NCBI RefSeq assembly: GCF_009914755.1
Contig: NC_060937.1
Source of the DNA: the human T2T-CHM13v2.0 reference genome, Homo sapiens
DNA: 64,000 nucleotides
Strand: one strand, 5' to 3'
Shown here: piece after piece, positions 45,767 to 59,269 of the stretch
Position numbering within the stretch: the first letter of the stretch is position 1
How the letters are laid out: every line of letters begins with the position of its first letter
Notes under the pieces: generated by a model
Databases searched by the model: none
Seen by the model: the letters and a program-made list of their open reading frames with translations, nothing else
What the model was told of the DNA's origin: nothing
Translations under genes and position numbers: made by a program

Positions 45767-48047
45767 ATTGGGTTAGAGAAGAAAACAATTTCAACCTACA
45801 TATTATTGAGATAAAAAGGCAGAGAAAGAAGAACAAGACCAGGCTCAAAATGACCTTACAGTTGGGTAGTTTTGGGTAACGCAATCCTTGGTGAAGCTCA
45901 GTTTCCTCATCTTTGAAATGGGAGTGTCTATCTTAGCACAGTGCTGAACATAGGAAATATTCAATACCTTGGGTATCTACCCCAGACGTTATTTTTTTCC
46001 TAGACTCATACAACTTACCCTTAATGTGCATGTGATTTCTTGTTAATCAGATATTTTGAGCTCAATAATGTAAAACTAGGGACTATTACAGTCAAAATGA
46101 TTCATCCTGAAGCCTTCTAGTTATTTTATTTGTGACTTTGAATATACATTTTCATAGAATACCCTTGGTAAAACTAAATTTAGAAAAACGAAGCCCCACA
46201 TTTACTTAATAATACCAAATTACCTTCTTGGATTCAAATTTTACAAATGTTGGATTGATAGAATTCTGAAGATAATTTGGCAGCAGATATTTCTGTATCA
46301 ATATGTTGAACCATCTGCTCTTTTGAAATAATCTAATGACACAGACAAAACATTAAAATGTGTATATTTGTTATTTGGTTGGTAAATAATTGAAGGCTCA
46401 TTAATTTTTATGAGATTCAAAAATCTCTGGTAGACTTTCTGATTTTAGTATAATTTTTCAATATGTTTACTTTATGGTAAAATGAATTAATGTTAAGTGA
46501 CCTAATTTATTTTGTATACATTATCTTCAACGGAAACATTATTCCTTAATAAACTGCTGGAATAGACTGACCTTTTTTTCTGTTTAAAATCTCAATTGAT
46601 CAGTTTATAAAATTCAATTTCCTTTCGATATTATACCAGTTGTTGTCTAATTATGGCTGTGACCATAAATTTTGCCTAAGACATTTCAGTTGGTTTTCCA
46701 TGTGAATCAAAGCTTTGGATAATTTATATCCAACATGTTAGATGGCAAATTCAATAGTGTTCCAAGGTCACAGTATTGCATTTAAGGCATATTGGTTTTA
46801 TAACCATATTTTTTCCCCTTTAAATTATGAGAACCACGAGTCTCTGGTAAGTAGCCCCAAGGCTTCAAAATACAACATTTCAATCAACAGGGGGCAGTAG
46901 TGGTAAGCCAGAGAGGACACAACAGAGATATAATTAGAGGAAGATGGATGGGTCAGATAGAGATATTTTATTAGTAAAAGACGAGATGAGATTGAACCAA
47001 CTTTTATCCCAAATTGGTACCATGTTAAATGTCCTTATTTTACCTGTGCCTGTTATGGGCCTAACAATCCACCAAAACAAACACAATGTGGGGTTACTAC
47101 GACCATCATGTTGACAGGATGAGCTGCAAGATTCCAGCAGTGTTGGCAACATGGCTGCACTGGTTCACTCAGACAGAGAGGAAGGAGCTGAGGGAAACCA
47201 GAAATTAGGTAATGGGCTTGCAGCCTTGGGGAGAGCCCCAGAGTGGAGTAGTACCTCTGAATCTGCATGCTCTGGGATGTGCTGCCTAAATGCAGAAGAC
47301 CAGGCCTTTTCCCCTCCCAGCCCACGCTTTCGAAAGTGCCTTTGGGGGAAGATGGCGGCAGCACCCATGGCTTGGTAAGGGATCACTCCCGACTGATTCT
47401 GACACCCTGTTCATGGAGAACCACGGGGCTTTGTGGAAGGGTGTAGTCAAGGGCAGATCCAGTGAATATAAGAAGGCGAGAAAGACCAGTGCACAGGCAA
47501 TTGAACGAGAAACAGGAATGTCGGAATTCGAGGGCTTAGGAGTGAAGCATTTCCAGCTTGCATCAAGAGGACTGATGAAGGAGAAGCCAGCCGTTGGAGG
47601 GGAAGCTCAGGGAGTGTTCCTCCAGGATACGAGGAAGGTCGTGTACAAAGAGGCTGAAAAGGCTGGGGATGGTTTTAGGGCTTGTGGGAGTGGGCCCAGT
47701 GGAGGAAGGGAGGAAAGCGAAGGATAGAGGAGAACTGTAGGCAACGAATTCAAGTGTGTCCAGAAAGTCAGAGCATGCCTGAGTTGAGAAAGTGGAGTGG
47801 AAGGGCAAGGCAGTAATATGCCAGCTTCCAGGAACTACAACAGAGGCCCTGGGCCCAGGTTTTGGGTGGAGCAGGCTCTTATATTTATTCCAAATTGGTA
47901 CCAGTTAGGTATCTGGTACCTAAACCAGGTAGAGAGCCCCTATTTTCTAGTTCTACTTGCAAATTTGCTTTATAACCCAGAGGAAGTCACCTTAACCCAC
48001 GGGGCCTCATTGTTTTCTTGTCTATAAAAAGAGGGAGTTAATCAGGA

Positions 48048-48365
48048 CCAGTGCTTTTCTACCTTGGTTACACATCAGAATCGCCTGGGATTTAAAAAAT
48101 TCCTCAGACTAATGAAGTCAGTTTTTCTGGGGGGCAGTGGAGCTAGCTCCCAGGTGATTGCAATGGGAAGCTGAAATTGAGAACCAGTGATCTAATCAGT
48201 GCGTTGCTGACTTTAACACACATATGAGTCACCTGGGGATCTTAGTCAAATGCCAATTCTGATTCTAGAGGTCTAGGATGGGCCCAAGGGTTTGCATTTC
48301 TAACAGCCTCCCAGGAGTGCCCATGATGCTGCTCTTCTGTGGACCACAGTTTGAGTAGCAAGGGG
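48048..48365. mobile_element. Two adjacent MER5-family MITEs
   Basis: catcagaatcgcctgg...gagaaccagtg followed by gagtcacctggggatctt...tgcatttctaacag...ggaccacagtttgagtagca. Confidence 0.7.
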
Positions 48366-48608
48366 CTAAGGGCCCTCTGGGTTGATTGAGGGATATAATT
48401 TGTTCTAATAGGGATAACAAGAGACAGAGAGAAAAGAACTATTAGTCTGTTGTTACTGAAATGGTATCATAGAAAGCGTCAGAATGCAACAAGTGCCATG
48501 GATGGAAAACAGGTACTGATTTAAGGTTGCCACAATGAAAACCTTAAGACATGATGTCCTAACAAGCAAATTATCACTTTAAATGCATAATCATTGTTTG
48601 AAACAGAC

Positions 48609-48880
48609 GTGTTTTTTAATATTTTAAGTTCTGTGGTACACATGCAGGATGTGCACATTCGTTACATAGGTAAATGTGTGCCATGTTGGTTTGCTGCACA
48701 GATCAGCCCATCACCTAGGTATTAAGCCCAGCCTCCATTAGCTATTCTTCCTAATGCTCTCCCTCCCCTTGCCCCACCCCTGACGGGCCCCAGTATGTGT
48801 TGCTCCCCCCAGTGTGTCCATGTGTTCTTATCATTCAGCCCGCACTTAGAAGTGAGAACATGCAGTGTTCGGTTTTCTGT
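48609..48880 (-). mobile_element. 5'-truncated L1PA 3' end
   Basis: tacacatgcaggatgtgcac...tcacctaggtattaagccc...gtgagaacatgcagtg; TSD GAAACAGAC at 48600-08 and 48881-89. Confidence 0.88.
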
Positions 48881-51800
48881 GAAACAGACCTTTTAGGTGC
48901 AGATGACTACAATTTAAAATTTTTAAAACAGACTTCAAAGTCTAAATTACCATACTTTTTAAAATTGGAAATAACTTTAATATAAAAAATCATGAAAAAA
49001 AGTCAAAATTATCTGCTTTTTTTTTCTTATTTTTAACATGTTGGAAGAGTAACTAAATCAAGAGCCTTATGCTGAAAACATCCTATATGCTCAAACATCT
49101 TCTGGTGATGTATATTCAATATGAGATAACAAAAATGAAAAACAGCAGATCTGTATGATAATGCACATAATATTATGTGCATGTTTACTGATAACAGACA
49201 AGATGTGAATTAGGAGACAAATGTTTTAAATTTATTGGAACTTTTTTATCATTAAAAATATATTTTAAAATATATGTTGAATGAAGACAGAACGAAGCTA
49301 GTCTTGAAGGGAGATTGCTGCGTTGGGCAGGTTGAAGTCTGAAAAAAATAATAGTTCTGGAACAAACTCTCTAAGCCTGTCATAGACCTGCTCTTTCTCA
49401 CCTGGAGACATCGTGAGACCTAGGTTTAATTGCCATTTCTTTTCTGTGTTTGGTGCATCCATTTGTAATGCACCCACCTTCCAGGGCTATTTGAAAGCTT
49501 CAGGGTGTTCATGTCATATGAGAACATAGTTTATCAATGTAAAAGCATTGTCCAGATGTAAATTATTATCATCTGGCTCTCTCTCACACTGAACCCACTT
49601 CTGTGACTGCTAAAGAGATAGAGAAAAAAGAAGAATCAAATGCTATCATGCTTATGAAGCAAACTGTGGGTTTTTACCACCCACAGTTCTTACCAACCCA
49701 ATTGCAATAGAATTGCAAAATAGACTCTCCATTGTCTCTGTTGTCTCTCTAGCCCTTGACAGTGAAGCACAAATCTACACTGTGCCAAGCCAGGCTCATC
49801 ACTCACATCACATGATGGCCACTGCATCTAGTTTTCCTCAACATAAACCTAAAAGCCTGGATGACATCATCGTCACCATTGTGGTTTTTTTTTGTGAAAG
49901 TGAAGTGGAAATTGTACATGTTTGATGCACATACAGGTGACTTGCGCTGCTATTTTTGAAGGCCTTTAAGAATACTGTGTTAACCAAGAAATGCACACTT
50001 TTGTTCAAAATATTTTGGAATACGAGTGACACGAGTGTTTTATTTCTGCGTACAGATTACACAGTATCATAGCAAAACTACTTTGTAAACTGTGAATTGT
50101 TTAGTGCATTCATGGTGGATGTCTCTTGTTGGATGTCTATTCAGCCTTCAACCAGATAGATCTGAAAGGCAATATTCACTATCTTTCCTTTCTAATTAGC
50201 TCTTCCTTTCTGTTTCCCTAATTTACCCCAAACAACCCTTGGAGACATTCAGGTGTGAAATTCTATGGATTCTTTTCACTGTGGTATTTGCAGCATCCAC
50301 CCTTCATCTGGGTGCTTGCTGCAATTGTACTCTTTGCACTCTTTGCACAGACTTTTCCAATAATCCCTAACTGGTTTTCTGGTTTGAAAAAAATGACAAA
50401 ATTATCTGCTTTCTTCTTCTTATTTTTAACATGTTAGAAGAGTAACTGAATCAAGAGCCTTACGGCAAGCACCATTTTGATTACGTCACTTGCCTCTTCC
50501 AGGAGCATCTTTGCATCCTACTCCCAGCTGGTTGGTATTTGTTCTCAGACCTCTCCTCTCATGTCCCCTGGCCTGGTCATCCCCAAACCTCACTAAACAG
50601 AATTAGCACCTATCACCTCCTATGGGACTTGTGTGATTGTTTAATCCCTTCCATTTGATTATAAAGTGCTCTGAGGCAACGACCTTATTTGCCTTGTTAC
50701 TCCCCAGGACACATATTAACTGCCTAATAAGCATTTCTTGTATGAATAAATGCCCAGTGAAAAAGGGCATAGAAATTTATTACAGGTGGTTCGTTAAAAG
50801 GAGTCAACTGTTTTTCCAGTTACCTGGGGCTCAATTGAACTCTGTTATCTGGCATTTTGCCAATCACACTTCTCTTTAACAATATTCATGATGATAATTG
50901 GTGTTCATGGTGATTACCCCAGGGCTGTACAAAATCCTAAAAGGCCTTCTCAGTCAGTTTTAAAAAAAGACCATATGAAGATGTTTGTTTCTCGTTAAAA
51001 GATTCATTATATGTATTATCATAGATTATCAATTTTCAAGGAATTAAAACACAATAAAAATCACAGTAATATCACATTGTACATTAATCTTCCTTTGATG
51101 ATTAGTTCATTCAACAAATAATTAGCACACACTTAATATGTGCAAGTTAATAGAGTTATTAAGCAGGATATCCTACTCCAGTCAATTTATATATATTCAA
51201 AATGACGTTTTCATCGATTGTGCTAGATAATACTGGTTTACTGTAAGTGGCATACAGTGTTATATTTAATCACTTTTTTCAATATACATTAAGCAAAATT
51301 ATGGCTCTTTAAAATAGTTTTTTATAGAGCAATTACTAAGAAGTCACTTATGAAGAAAAGTTCTATAAATCAAATCTGGTTCTTGGTTATTTCTTCAAAG
51401 ATACCTGAGAACGGGTTGGTTTTCTGATCTATTGGTACATTTGGTCCCTGCTTTGGACCCTGAGTGATGGCATGGCCACAGCTCTTCTCCCCATGTCTGC
51501 TCAGTCTGGAACAGAGTTGATCTGGCAATGCAGATTCTGCCTAGGCACTCGAAGCAGCGGCTCTCAGTCTTGGCTGCGCTTTGGAATCACTTGGGGAGTT
51601 TTAAAAACCACTGATGGCAGGGATTCCAATTTAATTGGTCTGAGATGTAGCCCTGAATCTCTTTCATGGCTCCAGTCTCACTGCGTGAGACTGCCAGCCT
51701 CTCCCAGGTGACCCTGACTCCTGGGAGCCCAGTAACACATCCTCTGTCCTCTGTCATCCTGTAGCCCAGGGGAAGTAGTAGCTTTCTACTGTTGCTACTC

Positions 51801-52731
51801 TTAGTGTTTCCTTATCATCCCCAGTTGGCTTCTCAGCAATTCCATTACCCACCGCATAACCAATTCTGTGTATAACATTCCCTCTGTGGTTTGAATCCCA
51901 ACGTGGTTTCTCTTTTCCTTGTTCAGCTTTTCATCAGATCTTAATACAGCTGGTGCAGAAGGCAACAAAAAGTGGGATAAGCACTCTGTGGGACAACCTT
52001 GGACAGCCAGGCCTCGTCCTGGGTGGGGGGCAGAACAGGCGTAGGCCCGTGGAGACAGGGGAATGGGTAGGACACAAGTTTCATGACCATTTCTAGAGGC
52101 CACTCCTTTAGAGCCAGAGACACCTGCAGATATTCTATAATACAAATCTCATGGGAGAATTTAACAAAATGTTACAACTTCATCATTTTTGATGATTTGA
52201 TTTCCTTGTAACAGGTCACACATATATTTTATAAAGTCTGTCAGGAAGAAATTAATTTTTAACATGCCTTTCTGTTGGCATATAGGGTTGATGAATTAAC
52301 CTGAATTAACCTTTTAGTCCATACTAGCAAAGCTGATGAAACTTCAATGTGAATTTCTTTTTAAATTCTAATTCCTTTTTACAGAACCTTGCTGTTGGCT
52401 TGTACTTCAAATCCATGACCAAATATTACATAAGGTAGGTTTGAAAAGCCTCATCTCACTTAAAACAAAACACTTAAAAAATGCCTGCTCTTTGTCTTGT
52501 GTGGGTAAGAGGAGGTGGTCTGTTCTGTATTACTTATCTGTGTTGTCTCACTGGAGCCCTGCTGACAACTGACAGGTAAACAAGAGGAAGCAATTCCAGT
52601 AATCAAATGAAAGCTGCACGTATTTGTTGGTGATATATACATGGACACCCAGGGCCGCCTTTCACGTAAGCACAGGGTAGATCATACGCAGACCCAGAGC
52701 CTTTTCTTCACACACATACCTACCGACTTAC

Positions 52732-52733
<2 letters not shown>

Positions 52734-52769
<36 letters not shown>
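52734..52769. repeat. (CA)n microsatellite
   Basis: Uninterrupted AC dinucleotide run. Confidence 0.95.
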
Positions 52770-52772
<3 letters not shown>

Positions 52773-53087
52773 CAGCTGATTCTGCAGCAGCCTTCACCCA
52801 GCTGTACTTTTGTAATGGCCTTGCTGAATTGGGTTCCCATTTCTGCTGTTTTGCAGACCCCTTCAGAAAGCAATAGTAAACATCCTCTACATCTAATAGA
52901 AAAGAGTTAAGCAAGTCAAAGCTAGCATTTTTGTCTTCTTAGGAACATCACTGCTGTAAGCTAAGAGATTGAACCCCATTTATTTAGAACTGGAGTGTAA
53001 TAAACACTTATCAAGCCTTATGTTTGAAGATATTCTATTATCTTCATTTTAAAGACAAGAAAACAGGTATACAGAAGTGAATAACAT

Positions 53088-53405
53088 GCTGTTTTAGTCT
53101 GTGCTGCTGTAACACAAGACCACAGACGGAGTAATTTAAGAACAGAAATTTATTTCTCACAGTAATGGAGGCTGGAAGTCTAAGATCAAGGTGGCAGCCT
53201 TCTTGCTGTGTACTCACATGGTAGAAGGTAGAGGGCAAAGAGAGTGAATTAGCAGAATGCTATGTGAAGCCTCTTTTATAAAGGCCTTAATCCCGTTAAT
53301 GAGGAAGAAGCTCTCATGGCCTAATCACCTATTAAAGGCCCCACTTCTTCATACTATCATATTGGCAACACCTGAATTTTGGAGGGGATACATTCAAACC
53401 ATAGC
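53088..53405 (-). mobile_element. MST (MaLR) solo LTR
   Basis: gaaatttatttctcacagtaatggaggctggaagtctaagatcaagg...cattcaaaccatagc. Confidence 0.75.
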
Positions 53406-54303
53406 TTATGCCAAAGGCTTGCAGTAGGAAAGGTGAAGTAGAAATAGGATTTAAATAGGCAGGATTGCTTCAGAACTTGCACTCTGAATTACGCTGTGAA
53501 CTGCATTTATGGCCATGGTGATTTCAGTGGCTAGATAAGTCTGGTGTTTCTCTATGCCTGAGCTAATAACTCTTGGAGAAAATTAAGGACTCAGAAAGAC
53601 CCAGCAACTAATTTAAGTCATTAGTGACTATTCAAAGCTATGTTCAGATTGGTTTCCTAGGAAAGACAGCCAACTCATTTACAAAGAGGAGAGACAATTG
53701 CTGGCTTAGAAAGCTGTACAGAGCCTTTACTGTTTCTAGGAGGAGAGACTGTAACCGAAGATTGATAAGACAAATTACTTACTAGCTTGGCAATACAAAG
53801 TGCATTAAACACTTCAATTCAAACCACTAGTGACTAGCGTCTGGGAAAGCAGAAATTATCATTGCTCTATGCCCGGGCTCCCAGGCAGGGCTGGCTTCAT
53901 GGCAGTGTCACCTGTGTAATTGCATAGCTTAATGTTCTTCTGTGACCGTCTTGAAATTCTTAATATGACTTCCTCTTTGGACTTGTGTTTTGTGATTATG
54001 TCTGTGGGCTAGTGTAGCCTGCGCATAGGCAGAGGGGATATGCCAGGCAGCAGTGCCCACATGGATGGGGTGTGGTGAGCAGCAGCCCAGGGCAGGTGGG
54101 CAGGGTGCATACACAGCGGTTGGCCGGGTCTCATGTGCGTGCCTCAGGGAAGTCCAAGGTACGGTGGGTTTCTAAGGGTGTGGCCAGCCCAGCATGTGTA
54201 ACAGCAGCAGCAGCAGAGGTGGCAATGGCAGCTCCATAAGTTATAGGAAAATTATAGGAAATTTCAGAGGCAACATTAAAATAACATTATATAATATTGT
54301 ATT

Positions 54304-54743
<440 letters not shown>

Positions 54744-55191
54744 TCACATTTTGATATAATTTATCAGAAACGTATCCCAATATAATATCCTGAAATAATC
54801 CCAGTAATGTTTTCATAACCAATAACATACTCTCAATGGCTCCAGTAACAGTTACGTACCTAGGAAGATCCTTCTCAAAATTAAAAATTATCCAAAAATT
54901 GATTGTAATCTTGCATCTGCAAAAGTGATTGATGTTGCTTTTAATTATATACATCTATTAAAAATAAAGTTGCTAAATGTTTAGATTTTGACAATCTAAT
55001 ATATTTCTAGACAAGTAAGCTAGAAAAATCTCACAATCAAATCAAGATACCACACTAATAGAATACAATCACTTATTACATTACGTAAGATTGTAACACC
55101 AAAATATTATTTTGCAAATATGCATGTTTATGTTGCTATTCATGTATCACTATTACTCCTATTACTTTTTTTGGAACTATATATATATATC

Positions 55192-55509
<318 letters not shown>

Positions 55510-56089
55510 TAAAGGAAAACTTCTTATATTTTATTACCTTTTATAGCACTTTTTTTTTTACAAGAGGTCTTCATTTTCTTTTTGCATTGGGTCCTGCAAA
55601 TTATTTATCCAGCCCTGCTCCCAGAAGGAAATTATATTACTAGAAGAAAGGAGACTATGGTTCTCTAGCAAGAGTTCATGCTTCCTTCACCCTGATGAAG
55701 AATACAGGCATGTAGCAGAGAAAACAGTCAGCTCAGGGTTGGGTTGAGCATGTGTCCTGAATCAGAGGGATCAGGTGTTGCCTCCCGGCATCTGTCCAGG
55801 CCGTGCCTTGGTTTAGGAACAATCTGAGCTTGTTTTTCAGTTGCCAAAGCAGCACATGAGGTGTTGGATGACATTAAAGATGAAGGAAAGCTGAGGAGTA
55901 AATTTTTTTCTTTTTCTCAGTCCTTACTCTTGTAAAAAGTACCGGTATGTTTTATGAGTGTTTTTCTTTTCCTCCTCTTGTCTTTCTCCAGAATTGGAGC
56001 TGGTCTATTAGGGAGAGGGAGATGACAGCCCGGGATCCGCCATGCTGGAGGTGACCCCAGAGTTGCCTTTTATTACAAGGACCTTTACA

Positions 56090-56362
56090 AACGACTCAAG
56101 TCTTTCATTCTTCACTTTCTCCAGATGTGGTTTTGAAGTGTACAGTGACAGCTGATGCGTTTTTGTGACACTGCTTTGATTTGTGCTAAGGAACCAGCAG
56201 TTTTACCTACCATTGCTTTTGTGTCATTAAGGCAAATATCAACACTGTGGAAAAGGCAAATAACATGCTAGTATTACTATGAAAGTTGTTTTGATCTTGT
56301 AGACCCCCTGGAAGTGTCCCAGGGACCTCCAGGGATCTGCAGACCACATTTGAGAAGCACCA
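56090..56362. mobile_element. Charlie1-like hAT end fragment
   Basis: ggaaaaggcaaataacatgctagtattactatgaaagttgttttgatcttgtagacccc...gaccacatttgagaagcac. Confidence 0.6.
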
Positions 56363-56637
56363 TTCCATGGCATCATCTGAGGGATTCCAAGAGTGAGACC
56401 TGGGCCCCAGAGTTCAGAGGGGAAAAACATGTAGAACACACTAGGCAAACTTTTAAATGAATGGATTCAAACTTAAACACATAAGAGTGCCAGTTATATT
56501 TTTAAAAGACTTTCTTCTGCATGAGTTTTGAGCTAAAAATGCTAGTAAATGAATTGAAGGAGAGTAGCAGTCACTGTGGAGACTTGCAATTACAGCCTAG
56601 AAGTTGAACTGGAGCTAATATTTAAAAACACAGAGCA

Positions 56638-57116
<479 letters not shown>

Positions 57117-57711
57117 TTAAGAACAACCTGAATGTGCACATTAAAACTATTCACCAAGTTCCAAGCAGAAGGGATGAGAAAACAAAAAACAAAAAACAAC
57201 AACAACAAACCCAGTCACTGAAGGTGGTCTGTTAAATTCTTAAATTTCAAGAATAAAAAGAAAATATGATAAACTTCTAGACAGAAATAACCAGTGACTT
57301 AGAGAATCAGAGTGTCATTCAATGTTTCATGTGCAACACCTGACATGAAATCAGGGAGGGGAACCTGACTGTTGAGAGAAAAGGACTGCAACCTGAGATC
57401 CTTAGACCCACTCAGGATGCCGTTGGCCTTTTGGGGAAGAGGAAGGCGTGTGTGTGCTGAGTTTCAGAGTGAGTTCAGAGTAGGTTGCTTATGCAGCTGG
57501 GATAGAGGAAACTGCTAGAGGAAGACTGTAAGCAAACAGTACCATAGTACTCCTCCCAGTACTACCCTCCTCCCAGTACCACCAACCCCACCAACAAAGA
57601 CAGGAGCACATGAGGTGGAAAAGAAACAGTTGTCAGCAGTGCACATATAATTAAATCCAATGACAGTAGTAGACCCTAAATGAGAATTCTGAAACTAGAA
57701 AAGGCAATTCT

Positions 57712-57990
57712 CTTTTTTTCTTTTTTTCTTTTTTTTTTTTGAGACAGGGTCTCACTCCATCACCCAGGCATCACCAGGTCTCACTCCATCACCAGGAGCG
57801 CAATGGTGCAATCACGGCTCATTGCAGCCTTGACCTCTTGGGCTCAAACTAACCTCCTGCCTCATTTTTTGATTATTTTTAGAGATGGGGGTCTCGCTAT
57901 GTTGTCTCAATTCCTGAGCTCAAGCGATACTCCTGCCTCGACCTCCCGAAGTGCTGGGGTTACAGGACTGAGCCACCACTGTGCCTGGCC
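57712..57990 (-). mobile_element. AluJ, rearranged
   Basis: Reverse Alu with internal duplication of gtctcactccatcacc; aggcaattct flanks both sides. Confidence 0.8.
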
Positions 57991-59269
57991 AGGCAATTCT
58001 AGTAATCTGGAATGAAATACTAAGCTACTTTAGAAAAACCTAGAAGTTAGGGGTGGAGGAAGAATAAAGTGAAATGAAGCAAAGCACTTACAAGATTTCA
58101 TTCTGATCTGGATAAAGGTAGAGTGGAGAAGAATAGAGAAGTGAAAATATTCTAAAAGACTCATCTTATTGGGATAGATGAACTTGGTGACGGAAATAAG
58201 TTACATATTGTTTAGTTAAATTATAAAACAGGAATATGTGCTTTCTTATGAGTTTCTAGAGAGAGGGGACATTTATAGAATAGGAAATTATAGTAGAATA
58301 ACAATATTATCAAAAGGAAAATGATAATAACAAGAAGCTTTTGAAAACTAGTTAAAAAAACAAAAGGAAGGAGAAGAGACAACAAAGTAAACCAAAGTGA
58401 ACATAAAGTAAACATAAAATTAGACAGAATAAAATAAGCACATATATGATGAAGTCATCAAAAACAAACAGAGTACGAGAAACTGTCAGAGCCAAGAAAA
58501 GCCCAAGAGACATGATGATTAAATGTTATGTGATATCCCCGATGGGATCCTGAAAAAGAAAAGAAGCATTAGACAAAGACTAAAGAAATCTATTGTTTTT
58601 AGCTTTAACAAAAAGTGGAGTTATAAGGCTACATCAGGTTTGACAAAACCGTGGAATGGGATGTAATTGGGCTTCTGATTTAAGCTTTCAGTGGAGATTG
58701 ATATAGTCTTGTGAGCCAGGAAATTTTGTTTTCTTCCATGTTTCAACTCAGCTTTTTCTTGCATGTCTGTTTCAGCAGTCGTCAGGCTGACTTTCCAACC
58801 ACGTGGTGGAAAATTACCAGTGACAGTTTCCAAATTTATATTTCCTCTGATTAACAGACCATTTGTTCATTCATTCATTCAGTCATTCATGTAAGAAACA
58901 TTTTTGCTTGCCTACTATGTGCCAGGTACACTACCATGTTCTACTATGTTTTGAGGTTAAGATAAACCTGACATTATTCCGTCCTTGGAGTTTACTAGGT
59001 AATAGGAGAGAAAGACATTACTCTATTACTTAGACAAATAACTGTATTATTACAAATGAGAAAAGTGCCACGAAAAAAGAGTTCTGTGCATGATGACACT
59101 GTTCCCCAACCTAGTCTAGGGTATTAAGGAGGATTTCCTGAAGGAAGTGGCATGAAACTGAGACCTAAGCATAAATAGGAGTTACCCAGCCAATAGGGAC
59201 AGGAGTTACCCAGTCAATGGAGACAGATGTGGTGAATGCCATTATACAAGAGTTTGGTGATGGGCCAAG

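Noticed and set aside
47290-47727. 145-aa ORF as a possible processed pseudogene
   Set aside because: No recognisable parent protein and no poly(A) tail
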